DNA of 22,540 nucleotides from a virus (Duplodnaviria; Heunggongvirae; Uroviricota; Caudoviricetes): IMG/VR virus record IMGVR_UViG_2526164690_000046; one strand, 5' to 3'. Shown piece by piece: positions 9,917 to 18,264 of this stretch (position 1 is its first letter; each line of letters starts with the position of its first letter). The notes under the pieces were generated by a model. It saw only the letters and a program-made list of their open reading frames with translations, ran no database searches and was not told where the DNA came from. The position numbers and the translations under genes were made by a program.

Positions 9917-10678
9917 ATGGAGACTGTTTTTGACGCACTGAAAGCAATGGGAAAAGCCACATCCATAGAACTTGCTGCGCGACTTGATATCAGTCGTGAA
10001 GAAGTGCTGAACGAACTATGGGAACTGAAAAAAGCTGGTTTCGTTGATAAAAGCGCGTACACCTGGCGTGTGGCTGATAACAACGTTCAGCAGGAACAGC
10101 CAATGCAGGCAGAACTGCCGGAAGAAACCACCACGGCAACTGTAGTGAAAATCTCAGAGTGCGATTTAACCGCGACGATTGAACAACGCGGACCACAAAC
10201 GGCGGATGAACTGGCTACGCTGTTCGGTACAACATCCCGCAAAGTTGCTTCAACGCTGGCAATGGCAATCAGCAAAGGACGCCTGATTCGCGTAAACCAG
10301 AACGGTAAATTTCGTTACTGCATGCCGGGCGATAATTTACCAGCAGAGCCGAAAGCTGCATCGGTAGCGGAAACTGATGGTAAAGCCTTTCCTCAGCCAG
10401 CCGGTGTTGCGTTACCAGTACAGGAAGCGGCAACACAGGAAGATATTAAAACAGAAACTGTGGCGGACATTGTGCAGTCGCTGCCATCGTTTACTGAAAC
10501 GCAAGCGGATGACCTAGTTTTACCATCGCTGCATATGGCAAACCGCGAACTGCGTCGGGCGAAAAATCATGTCCAGAAGTGGGAGCGAGTCTGCGCCGCG
10601 CTGCGGGAGCTGAACAAGCACCGGGATATTGTCCGACAGATTGTCGATTCCTCCAGTCGTATTGTGTCGGAAAAGTGA
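9917..10678 (+). CDS. Hypothetical prophage protein with N-terminal winged-helix-like region
   Basis: ATG at 9917 preceded by GGAGG; 253 aa; N-terminus [43 protein letters not shown] looks like a winged HTH. Confidence 0.55.
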   Translation: METVFDALKAMGKATSIELAARLDISREEVLNELWELKKAGFVDKSAYTWRVADNNVQQEQPMQAELPEETTTATVVKISECDLTATIEQRGPQTADELATLFGTTSRKVASTLAMAISKGRLIRVNQNGKFRYCMPGDNLPAEPKAASVAETDGKAFPQPAGVALPVQEAATQEDIKTETVADIVQSLPSFTETQADDLVLPSLHMANRELRRAKNHVQKWERVCAALRELNKHRDIVRQIVDSSSRIVSEK

Positions 10679-10693
10679 TTGCCGGAGGCGCTT

Positions 10694-11116
10694 ATGGCAA
10701 AAGTTTTTACACAGGAAGAGCGTGAAAAAATTAAGGAGCAGGTTGTTGAGTTGGTACGCCAGAGTGGGCGCGAGACGTTAAGGCAACTGGAGGCCAAGAC
10801 AGGTGCGACAAGATATCTGATGAGCATTCTTGCCAGAGAGTTGGTTGCCAGTGGCGATGTATACAACTCTGGCTATGGGTTATTCCCGTCTGAACAGGCT
10901 CGTAAGGATTGGAAAAACGCCCGCAAAAAACTATCCAGGGCAAAGGTGAAAAAAACGGTTGTGGTTGATCCTGACCTTATCTGGTCATTACCAGACGGAG
11001 AAATACGCCGCTATGACAGGCGTCAGAACATAATTTGTCGTGAGAGCAGGAGGAGCGAAGTTATGCAGCGTGTGCTGGCGTTCTATCGGGGAAACTTTCA
11101 GGAGGTGATGGAGTGA
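10694..11116 (+). CDS. Hypothetical protein
   Basis: ATG at 10694 preceded by GGAGG; 140 aa; stop overlaps the next gene start. Confidence 0.5.
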   Translation: MAKVFTQEEREKIKEQVVELVRQSGRETLRQLEAKTGATRYLMSILARELVASGDVYNSGYGLFPSEQARKDWKNARKKLSRAKVKKTVVVDPDLIWSLPDGEIRRYDRRQNIICRESRRSEVMQRVLAFYRGNFQEVME

Positions 11117-11409
11117 GGGTGAGAGTTTATATTGCCGGTCCAATGACGGGATATGAAAATTTCAACCGTGAGGCATTTCACAAGGTGGAAGAGGAACTGA
11201 AACGGGAAGGGCATACCGTCTTAAACCCGGCAGTACTTCCGGACGGGCTGACACAGCCGCACTACATGGATATTTGCATGGCAATGATTCGTTGTGTGGA
11301 TGCGATTTACATGCTGAATGGCTGGCAGCGGTCAGCGGGCGCTAAGGCAGAGCTGGCACTGGCGGAGAAACTGGGGCATGCGGTGATTTATCAGGAGGTG
11401 GCTCAATGA
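11113..11409 (+). CDS. DUF4406 / nucleoside 2-deoxyribosyltransferase-like protein
   Basis: GTG start with GGAGG 7 nt upstream; N-terminal VYIAGPMTG motif as recalled for the 2-deoxyribosyltransferase-like fold; 98 aa. Confidence 0.6.
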   Translation: MRVRVYIAGPMTGYENFNREAFHKVEEELKREGHTVLNPAVLPDGLTQPHYMDICMAMIRCVDAIYMLNGWQRSAGAKAELALAEKLGHAVIYQEVAQ

Positions 11410-11867
11410 GAGAGGTTAACTATGAGGCGCTTCGTGAGGCAGCACAAAACTATCAGTCGACGCTGGCGTGGTATCAGGCTACCCCGGACAGCCCAAATGC
11501 TGAACGGGATTGTGATGCGGCTCTTGCTGCGTTTAAGCGTCATATCCGTCATCGGGAAGCGGATATTATCGCTGGTTTGCTGGATGGACTGGAAGAAGCA
11601 AAATCACAACTCAACGAGCAGCGTGAGTATTACGAAGGCGTTATCTCTGATGGGAGCAAGCGTATTGCTGAACTGGATGCGCGGGAAGTTCAATTACCGA
11701 CTCGCTACGACCTTCGATATGGACACCCGATAAATGCAGATGAGCGACATGTCATGATACCTAAAGAAAATGGCAGTTGGCTTTACCTGATTGACCTAGA
11801 ACACGCATTACGCGTCGCTGGCATTCGCATCAAAGGAGAGGAGCATGGAAATAAAACCAGAGGATGA
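11406..11867 (+). CDS. Hypothetical protein (possibly Ead/Ea22-like)
   Basis: 153-aa ORF with ATGA overlap to the preceding gene; weak recalled similarity to Ea22-type proteins (..KRIAELDAREV..). Confidence 0.45.
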   Translation: MREVNYEALREAAQNYQSTLAWYQATPDSPNAERDCDAALAAFKRHIRHREADIIAGLLDGLEEAKSQLNEQREYYEGVISDGSKRIAELDAREVQLPTRYDLRYGHPINADERHVMIPKENGSWLYLIDLEHALRVAGIRIKGEEHGNKTRG

Positions 11868-12201
11868 GTTAAGCAATATCGTTTTATTTCCGGTAAAAGA
11901 GGATGACCCTCGTAATCAGGTTAATTTTCTTTATGAGCCATCGGAAAGACCATATTGTCATCACGCCTCTGTCCGGGTTGACGAAAAAGAGCGTCAGGTC
12001 CGCTGTAAAATCTGCGGTGCAGTTGTGGAGCCATTTGACTGGATGCTCTCTGTGGCGAAAAGAGAAACTAGGCTGGCAGATGATGTAAAGCTATTGCGCC
12101 AGGAGGAACAGGAAAGGCGGAAAAATATAGAAAAGTTAATTCAGATTGAGCGTAACGCGAAAGCGCGGATACGCAGGGTGACAAAATCCAGAACTGAATA
12201 A
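11845..12201 (+). CDS. Hypothetical protein with putative zinc ribbon (CHH..CKIC)
   Basis: 118-aa ORF with AGGAGAGGAG SD; basic coiled-coil-like C-terminus. Confidence 0.5.
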   Translation: MEIKPEDELSNIVLFPVKEDDPRNQVNFLYEPSERPYCHHASVRVDEKERQVRCKICGAVVEPFDWMLSVAKRETRLADDVKLLRQEEQERRKNIEKLIQIERNAKARIRRVTKSRTE

Positions 12202-12251
12202 ATAAATTTAGCGCTGTAAATAAAATCTAATCCTTAACTGGAGGTATATTT

Positions 12252-12464
12252 ATGTTAAATACACAGAAAGCCATTAATGCGGAAAAATATAACGAGTGGG
12301 CAAGAAAATTCTCTGAGCAGATTTTTAAAATTACTGGCGATGAGAATGCGGCAAAAAATGAATTAGAACCGTGGACGCCTGAAGGAGCCGACCCAAATTA
12401 TTGCTGGAGGGAGGTTGATCCAGTTGATGCTGCAAATGAAGCTATGAGTTATCACAACGATTAA
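12252..12464 (+). CDS. Hypothetical protein (70 aa)
   Basis: Track ORF with GGAGG-type SD (ctggaggtatattt ATG); followed by a GNRA stem-loop at 12474-12491. Confidence 0.5.
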   Translation: MLNTQKAINAEKYNEWARKFSEQIFKITGDENAAKNELEPWTPEGADPNYCWREVDPVDAANEAMSYHND

Positions 12465-12576
12465 TGTCAGGAGGCCGCCCGAAAGGGCGGTAATGAATGG
12501 TCACATTATTTAGAAAAAATATCCGCGAAAGAGTAGAACAACAGAATTTCTGTTTCTCATTCTGTTTATCGTGTTG

Positions 12577-12714
12577 ATGATACCGATATCCCCGTTAATC
12601 CTAGTCTGGATAATCGGAAAAATAATTGAGCCAGTTATTGAATTGTATAACGACGTGGTATGGGCGTCATTCAACACACTGCACAATAAAATTAATCCGT
12701 ATAAGGAAAACTGA
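12577..12714 (+). CDS. Possible small membrane peptide (45 aa)
   Basis: My translation MIPISPLILVWIIGKIIEPVIELYNDVVWASFNTLHNKINPYKEN; stop TGA overlaps the next start; no clear SD; AT-rich region. Confidence 0.2.
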   Translation: MIPISPLILVWIIGKIIEPVIELYNDVVWASFNTLHNKINPYKEN

Positions 12715-12715
12715 T

Positions 12716-12979
12716 ATGGCAACTTTGACAAAAAAAGAACGGGCATGGTTGAACGAATTACAGGAAGTTCTTGATCGCTGTCCATCACCGAAAAAAATTG
12801 GCTTTTACACCATTGGCGATAAAAGCATTTACCTGTATGACCTACGCCGCATGGATGAAATCATGGAGGCTCTTGATAATCGTTCGTCGATGGATTGGTG
12901 TGTTGCTGTTCATGATATGAATGCAGGGTTTGATGAAAAGATTTTGTTCCCCTCATCAGTTGAAAGCACTGCGGGTTAA
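12716..12979 (+). CDS. Hypothetical protein (87 aa)
   Basis: Internal ATG of the track ORF with AAGGA SD (MATLTKKERAWLNELQ..). Confidence 0.5.
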   Translation: MATLTKKERAWLNELQEVLDRCPSPKKIGFYTIGDKSIYLYDLRRMDEIMEALDNRSSMDWCVAVHDMNAGFDEKILFPSSVESTAG

Positions 12980-12989
12980 GGAGTAACAC

Positions 12990-13859
12990 ATGACCACTAT
13001 TACCAAAGAACGTATTGAATTGTTCATTAAAAATCCGCTTGAAAACGGGCTTACCCGTGGTGAACAAATGGAACTGGCACGGATTGCGCTGGCATCGCTG
13101 GAAGCAGAGCCGGTGGCAAAGATTATAGCTCATTACCCATTAGGGGTTGACGTAGGCAAACAAAAATTTGTACAGGCCATTAGAGAGCTTCCTGACTTTG
13201 GCGGATATCTATTTGCCGCCCCTCCAGCGCCGATAGTGCCGGAAGAAATGTATTGGCAGGATGCGCCAGTTGAAGGCAGCAGCAAAGCGGCTGCATACGC
13301 TACAGGCTGGAACGATTGCCGCGAAGCCATGTTTCAGTCCGGAAACTTTCGGGAAAATAAAGATTCGTCAACCAATAATTTTCGGAAAATCCCGGAAGCG
13401 TCAACCAGCTCTCCGGTAACTCCGGCTCTTCTGCCTGGTGGTTTCACCATTGAGGAGGCGAAGGAATTACATGAAGACCTGGCACGCAGCCACATAAGCA
13501 AGGCCTTAAGTGGCGAAAAGATGAAAAAGAAAGATCGCGATGCTGATTTGCGCTGGATTCATGGCGTTATAGTTCAGGCAGCGTGGTTTGTAAAAGCATC
13601 ACTGGAGCAGAATGCACTATCGGGCAACTATCCGGTAACTCCGGATAGTTGGATAAGCTGTAGTGAGCGAATGCCGGATACCAAAACAGCCGTTCTTGTT
13701 GCCAGGGATTTTGGCAGGAAAGGTGACTGGCGAATGAAATGGGCGACTTACATCCCGGGGCATCCTGACGCTAATGATGGGTGGATAATACCTGGTGCGT
13801 CGTGGATACCATCACACTGGATGCCTCTACCAGAACCGCCGCAGGAGGTGCGCCAATGA
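12990..13859 (+). CDS. Prophage protein with C-terminal DUF551-like domain
   Basis: 289-aa ORF; C-terminal W/P-rich motif (..WISCSERMPD..VLVA..GWIIPGASWIPSHWMPLPEPP) resembles DUF551 as I recall it. Confidence 0.55.
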   Translation: MTTITKERIELFIKNPLENGLTRGEQMELARIALASLEAEPVAKIIAHYPLGVDVGKQKFVQAIRELPDFGGYLFAAPPAPIVPEEMYWQDAPVEGSSKAAAYATGWNDCREAMFQSGNFRENKDSSTNNFRKIPEASTSSPVTPALLPGGFTIEEAKELHEDLARSHISKALSGEKMKKKDRDADLRWIHGVIVQAAWFVKASLEQNALSGNYPVTPDSWISCSERMPDTKTAVLVARDFGRKGDWRMKWATYIPGHPDANDGWIIPGASWIPSHWMPLPEPPQEVRQ

Positions 13860-13933
13860 ACTGGCCTGAAGCATTTGCAATTACAGGCGTTGCTATGGCT
13901 ATCGCTTTTTTAGTATATGTTATTTGTCGGTGA
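13856..13933 (+). CDS. Hydrophobic micro-ORF (25 aa)
   Basis: MNWPEAFAITGVAMAIAFLVYVICR; AGGAGG SD 8 nt upstream; ATG overlaps the upstream stop (ATGA); not in the track (<60 aa). Confidence 0.4.
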   Translation: MNWPEAFAITGVAMAIAFLVYVICR

Positions 13934-13974
13934 GGGTAAAAACGTTCGCCGGGATTAACACCAAAGGAGGGAAT

Positions 13975-14079
13975 ATGTCGGATGATATATCACTGGCAAT
14001 GGAAGGTGCGCTGGCTGTTGTTGCTGTTGTGGGCGTTTACTGCCTGGTTGTGTTTTTGATGGATCGACTAGGGAACTGA
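13975..14079 (+). CDS. Hydrophobic micro-ORF (34 aa)
   Basis: MSDDISLAMEGALAVVAVVGVYCLVVFLMDRLGN; AAGGAGGG SD; followed immediately by a 22-bp perfect palindrome. Confidence 0.45.
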   Translation: MSDDISLAMEGALAVVAVVGVYCLVVFLMDRLGN

Positions 14080-14087
14080 ATTCATTA

Positions 14088-14109
14088 CGATATGGGAATT
14101 CCCATATCG
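14088..14109. repeat. 22-bp perfect palindrome CGATATGGGAATTCCCATATCG
   Basis: Self-complementary by direct reading; centred on GAATTC; no U-tract follows. Confidence 0.8.
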
Positions 14110-14325
14110 GGTAAAAACGGTTTGCGGGAAAAGGAGAGTTAAGTAGAATTGCTGCGGGTGCTTGAGGCTATCTGTCTCAGGCATGAACACCAAAAGGCAG
14201 ATAGAGAAAAGCCCCAGTTAACATTACGCGTCCTGCAAGACGCTTAACATTAATCTGAGGCCCAATCTATGTCTCACAAATGTAGGTTAGCCTCTTACGT
14301 GCCGAAAGGCAAGGAGAAGCAGGCT

Positions 14326-14481
14326 ATGAAGCAGCAAAAGGCGATGTTAATCGCCCTGATCGTCATCTGTTTAACCGTCATAGTGACGGCACTGGTAACG
14401 AGGAAAGACCTCTGCGAGGTACGAATCCGAACCGGCCAGACGGAGGTCGCTGTCTTCACAGCTTACGAACCTGAGGAGTAA
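14326..14481 (+). CDS. hok: Hok-family type I toxin (Hok/Gef-like, 51 aa)
   Basis: MKQQKAMLIALIVICLTVIVTALVTRKDLCEVRIRTGQTEVAVFTAYEPEE matches the Hok/Gef family as recalled; AAGGAG SD; the track ORF extends in frame upstream to 14269 (mok-like leader frame). Confidence 0.8.
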   Translation: MKQQKAMLIALIVICLTVIVTALVTRKDLCEVRIRTGQTEVAVFTAYEPEE

Positions 14482-14488
14482 GAGACCC

Positions 14489-14510
14489 GGCGGGGGAGAA
14501 ATCCCTCGCC
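14489..14510 (+). other. GNRA-loop stem-loop at the hok 3' end
   Basis: GGCGGGGGA / GAAA / TCCCTCGCC, 9-bp stem with one G-U; no U-tract. Confidence 0.5.
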
Positions 14511-14648
14511 ACCGCTGATGTGTCAGGCATCCTCAACGCACCCGCACTTAACCCGCTTCGGCGGGTTTTGTTTTTTCTGGTCGTTCTGGTTTACAATCCA
14601 TCCGTCAGCCTGAACAACTGGCACCTGCTGCGCCAGCAGAGAAAACAG

Positions 14649-14927
14649 ATGGCGCACGATACCAAATTTTACAATTCGGATAACTCTGCCGCCCCTGCCA
14701 GCAGGCACGGGCGGCGTTCCCGCACTTTCAAATCTGACTGGTTCCAGCACCCCCCATGCACTGAAGAACAGGCCGAGTGGCTAATTCAGTGCTACCGCAG
14801 ACACGGATACGAGATTAAGAAAGCCCTCAGCCTCGATTATCGTCACTGGATAATCTCCGTCAGGCTTCCTTACTCCGAACGACCACCGCGTCCGTCCCGC
14901 ACATTCCAGCAACGCATCTGGAGGTAA
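14649..14927 (+). CDS. Hypothetical protein between hok and ydfU-like gene; start uncertain (GTG at 14520 possible)
   Basis: Track ORF 14520-14927; internal ATG at 14649 (MAHDTKFYNSD..). Confidence 0.45.
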   Translation: MAHDTKFYNSDNSAAPASRHGRRSRTFKSDWFQHPPCTEEQAEWLIQCYRRHGYEIKKALSLDYRHWIISVRLPYSERPPRPSRTFQQRIWR

Positions 14928-14928
14928 C

Positions 14929-15978
14929 GTGCGGGTATTACTTCGACCTGTTCTGGTACCGGAACTCGGGCTGGTGATCGTTAAGCCGGGCCGTGAATCC
15001 ATGCCGGTATTCCACAATACCCGGGTACTGGTGGAGCCGGAACCGAAAAGCATGCGTAATCTGCCGTCCGGGGTCGTTCCTGCCGTTCGCCAGCCGCTGG
15101 CGGAGGATAAATCATTACTGCCATTTTTCAGCGACGAACGAGTGATTCGTGCTGCTGGTGGCGCTGGCGCATTGTCTGACTGGTTACTGCGCCATGTTAA
15201 ATCCTGCCAGTGGCCACACGGTGATTATCACCACAGTGAAACCGTCATTCACCGTTATGGTACCGGCGCAATGGTGTTGTGCTGGCACTGCGACAACCAG
15301 CTGCGCGACCAGACCTCCGAATCACTGGAACATCTGGCTCAACAAAACCTGGCAGCCTGGATGATTGACGTCATACGCCATGCAATGAATGGCTCGCAGG
15401 AGCGTGAATTATCTCTGGCTGAATTATCCTGGTGGGCGGTCCGCAATCAGGTGGCGGACGCGCTACCGGAAGCGGTATTACGTCGTTCGCTGGGGTTGCG
15501 TGCGGAAAAAATCCGCTCAATGTACCGTGAAAGCGACATCATACCGGGAGAACAGACCGCCACCAGCATACTGAAGCAGCGCACAAAAAATATTGCGCTA
15601 CCGCCTCACACCCACCAGCAACAGAACCCACCACAGGAAAAGACGGTGGTCAGCATTGCCGTTGATCCGGAGTCTCCGGAATCCTTCATGAAACGACCTA
15701 AACGTCGCCGCTGGGTAAATGATAAATACACACGCTGGGTAAAGACACAGCCGTGTGCGTGTTGTGGTAAGCCAGCGGACGATCCTCATCATCTGATTGG
15801 TCATGGTCAGGGTGGAATGGGAACAAAATCCCACGATATTTTCACGCTACCGCTGTGTCGGGAGCATCACAACGAGCTTCATGCGGATCCGCTGGCGTTC
15901 GAAGAAAAGCATGGTTCCCAGGTTGATTTAATTTTTCGTTTTCTTGATCACGCCTTTGCAACCGGCGTGCTCGGGTAA
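14929..15978 (+). CDS. ydfU: DUF968 / YdfU-like protein with HNH-like Cys/His motif
   Basis: 349-aa ORF, GTG start with GGAGG; C-terminal CACCGKPADDPHHLIGHGQGG..LPLCREHHNELHA. Confidence 0.7.
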   Translation: MRVLLRPVLVPELGLVIVKPGRESMPVFHNTRVLVEPEPKSMRNLPSGVVPAVRQPLAEDKSLLPFFSDERVIRAAGGAGALSDWLLRHVKSCQWPHGDYHHSETVIHRYGTGAMVLCWHCDNQLRDQTSESLEHLAQQNLAAWMIDVIRHAMNGSQERELSLAELSWWAVRNQVADALPEAVLRRSLGLRAEKIRSMYRESDIIPGEQTATSILKQRTKNIALPPHTHQQQNPPQEKTVVSIAVDPESPESFMKRPKRRRWVNDKYTRWVKTQPCACCGKPADDPHHLIGHGQGGMGTKSHDIFTLPLCREHHNELHADPLAFEEKHGSQVDLIFRFLDHAFATGVLG

Positions 15979-15990
15979 AAGAGGTTACTG

Positions 15991-16365
15991 ATGCGTATAG
16001 AGTTTGTTTTGCTTTACCCGCCGACGGTGAACACCTACTGGCGACGTCGTGGCAGCACATATTTTGTATCAAAAGCCGGTGAGCGTTATCGCCGGGCTGT
16101 GGCGCTTATTGTTCGCCAGCAGCGGCTGAAATTAAGCCTGTCCGGAAGGCTGGCGATAAAGATTATTGCCGAGCCACCGGATAAGCGCCGCCGTGACCTG
16201 GACAATATTCTGAAAGCGCCGCTGGATGCGCTGACGCATGCGGGAGTGTTAATGGACGATGAGCAGTTTGATGAAATCAATATCGTTCGTGGTCAGCCAG
16301 TATCTGGTGGACGTCTGGGGGTGAAGATTTACCCCATAATGCTTGAAGGGCTGGTCAAAAAATGA
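15991..16365 (+). CDS. rusA: RusA-like Holliday-junction resolvase
   Basis: 124-aa ORF with ..DKRRRDLDNILKAPLDALTHAGVLMDDEQ.. matching the RusA acidic catalytic motif as recalled. Confidence 0.8.
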   Translation: MRIEFVLLYPPTVNTYWRRRGSTYFVSKAGERYRRAVALIVRQQRLKLSLSGRLAIKIIAEPPDKRRRDLDNILKAPLDALTHAGVLMDDEQFDEINIVRGQPVSGGRLGVKIYPIMLEGLVKK

Positions 16366-17182
16366 AACTGGAAGATTTACCGAAATACTACTCCCCAAAA
16401 TCCCCCGGCCTGACTGATGCATCGGCCTCAACGTCGAAAGATACGCTGAGTATCACTGATGTGATGGCCGCGCAGGGCATGACACAGAATTGGGCTGAGA
16501 TGGGGTTTTCTGCGTTCCTTGGGAAAATGGGCATTAGTATGAATGACAGAGAGCGGGCAACAGAATTGCTGACAGAATATGCACTCAGTCGGTGTGATCG
16601 CGTGGCGGCGTTAAGAAAACTCCCGGCAGAAATAAAACCGGCAGTGATGCGTATTATGGCTTCGTATGCGTTTGAAGATTATGCCCGTAGCGCGGCGAGC
16701 AAAAAACAGTGCCCCTGTTGTCACGGAAAAAATTTATTGAAAGCGAGGTTTTTACAAACAAGATCCAGTATCCGGATGGTAAGCCGCCAGTGTGGGCAAA
16801 GTGCACAAAAGGCGTGTATCCGTCTTACTGGGAGGAATGGAAAAAAGTCAGGGAGGTGGTAAAAGTTGCCTGTCCGGAGTGTGGAGGGAAGGGGGAGGTT
16901 TCCACCGCCTGTAAAGATTGTCGTGGGCGCGGTGTTGCCATTCATCGTGAAGAGTCGGTAAAACGTGGTATGCCTGTTATCAGAGACTGCCAGCGTTGTG
17001 GTGGTCGTGGCTATGAAAGATTACCTTCAACGGAGGCATTTAATGCCATATGTAATGTAACCGATGCCATATCTCTTGATACATGGAAAAAAACAGTTAA
17101 ACGTTTTTACGATACGCTGGTGGTGCAGTTTGATATTGAAGAAGCATGGGCAGAACAACAACTGAAAAAGGTGACCAGATAG
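16362..17182 (+). pseudogene. Q-like late-antiterminator candidate with DnaJ-type zinc-finger repeats, split into two overlapping frames at an A6 run
   Basis: Track ORFs 16362-16862 and 16709-17182 overlap in different frames; frame 1 has CPCCHGK and frame 2 has CPECGGKG, CKDCRGRG, CQRCGGRG; one extra A in the A6 run at 16727-16732 would fuse them into one ~274-aa protein; sits between rusA and a promoter-plus-terminator element. Confidence 0.45.
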
Positions 17183-17187
17183 CTTTG

Positions 17188-17215
17188 TTGATTTTTCCCG
17201 AATCTGTGGTAAATT
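17188..17215 (+). promoter_or_regulatory. Candidate late promoter (PR'-like) with extended -10
   Basis: TTGATT (17188-17193), 16-bp spacer, TGG then TAAATT (17207-17215). Confidence 0.4.
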
Positions 17216-17262
17216 TGCCCTAACGATGGGCGTTTTATGCCTGACGTTAGAAGATTTTTTAC

Positions 17263-17286
17263 ACCCGTCGCCAGGCGGGTTTTTTT
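17263..17286 (+). terminator. Rho-independent terminator candidate (tR'-like)
   Basis: ACCCG..CGGGT stem followed by a T7 run (17280-17286), about 50 nt downstream of the candidate -10. Confidence 0.5.
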
Positions 17287-17389
17287 ATGACTGAAATCAC
17301 GCCAGTACAGTAAACGCGCTGGTGGTTGTGAATACCGGTCTTTCAGCTTGCTGGCTTTTTCGACAAGAGTTATTGGTGTGTCTCGTTAA

Positions 17390-17782
17390 CCGGAAAAAGG
17401 AAAGTTTGAGAAACGCGATCTGGCACAGGCGGTTATTAATGCTGCCTACCTGGTGGCCTGTGCAGATGGTGAATGTGAGGCTTCCTAGAAAGCGAAGATC
17501 GAACAGGTACTGCGTAATCAGCCTGCGCTGTCCGCGTTTACGTCAGAAATTAATGCGATTAGCGCAACCATTATCGGTCAGCTGGATACGAACTTTAAAA
17601 TTGGTCGTCGTGCGGCGTTACGTGAGATCGAGGATGTGAAACACGATACGCGTGAAGCGGAAGATGTGCTGGATGTGGCGGTGGCCATTGCGGAGGCAGA
17701 CGGCGAAATTGAGCCGGAAGAGCGCAAGGTGCTGGAAGAGATTGCCGGTGTTCTGGGTCTTCGTCTGGAGAATCACCAGTGA
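17390..17782 (+). pseudogene. TerB-like domain gene remnant (in-frame TAG, no start codon in frame)
   Basis: My translation reads PEKGKFEKRDLAQAVINAAYLVACADGECEAS then TAG (17486-17488) then KAKIEQVLRNQPALSAFTSEINAISATIIGQLDTNFKIGRRAALREIEDVKHDTREAEDVLDVAVAIAEADGEIEPEERKVLEEIAGVLGLRLENHQ; two ADGE motifs about 78 aa apart as in TerB-fold proteins; TAA immediately upstream at 17387-17389. Confidence 0.45.
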
Positions 17783-17967
17783 CGGTAAAACTGCGCCTGG
17801 CTGTGGCTGCACTCCTGCTGTTTCTGGTGGTGATGGTGGATTTCACCAGCAGAATCATGTCGGTGCTGGCGGATGGGGTGCTGGTCTGCGGCATTGTGGT
17901 ATTGCTGTGGCCGGTGATAAAAGAAACAGCCTGCATAATGCTTGATTTTTTGTTTACTGTTTATTAA
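17779..17967 (+). CDS. Small two-TM membrane protein (62 aa)
   Basis: GTG start overlapping the TerB-like stop, TGGAGA SD 8 nt upstream; two hydrophobic segments (LAVAALLLFLVVMVDF, VLVCGIVVLLWPVI). Confidence 0.45.
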   Translation: MTVKLRLAVAALLLFLVVMVDFTSRIMSVLADGVLVCGIVVLLWPVIKETACIMLDFLFTVY

Positions 17968-18111
17968 AAATACTACTGCATGGTGAATCCCCCTGTGCGG
18001 AGGGGCAATCAGCAACCAGGTATATGTGATAATCGCGGATTCAGGTGCTGATACTGAATTCACCGGGAGGCACCCGGCACCATGCAAGAAAAAGAATGTG
18101 CATGCAAACAT

Positions 18112-18136
18112 GCCCCTCTCCGGTAGGGGCTTTTTT
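18112..18136 (+). terminator. Rho-independent terminator candidate
   Basis: GCCCCT / CTCCGGT / AGGGGC then TTTTTT. Confidence 0.55.
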
Positions 18137-18229
18137 AATGGGTAAAAAATGCCCGAATGGGTTCGGCAATAGCATGAGATTACTGATATTGTTGTGTTGT
18201 TATCGTGTGGATTTTAACCAGGGTTTATC

Positions 18230-18256
18230 AGGCTGCGCAACTGCGTGGCCTTTTTT
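18230..18256 (+). terminator. Rho-independent terminator candidate
   Basis: AGGCTGCGC / AACT / GCGTGGCCT (two G-U pairs) then TTTTTT. Confidence 0.4.
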
Positions 18257-18264
18257 CATTTCTT

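Noticed and set aside
12510-12788. 92-aa minus-strand ORF
   Set aside because: Opposite to the otherwise uniform plus-strand operon, AT-rich, and overlaps the start of the 12716 gene
17322-17945. Track ORFs 17322-17639 and 17652-17945 (plus) and 17595-18111 (minus)
   Set aside because: Arg-rich or odd composition; they are alternate frames of the TerB-like region, which is recognisable only in the third plus frame
17779-17967. Calling the 62-aa membrane protein a holin
   Set aside because: It follows the late promoter and has two hydrophobic segments, but it lacks a charged C-terminal tail and no endolysin or spanin gene follows
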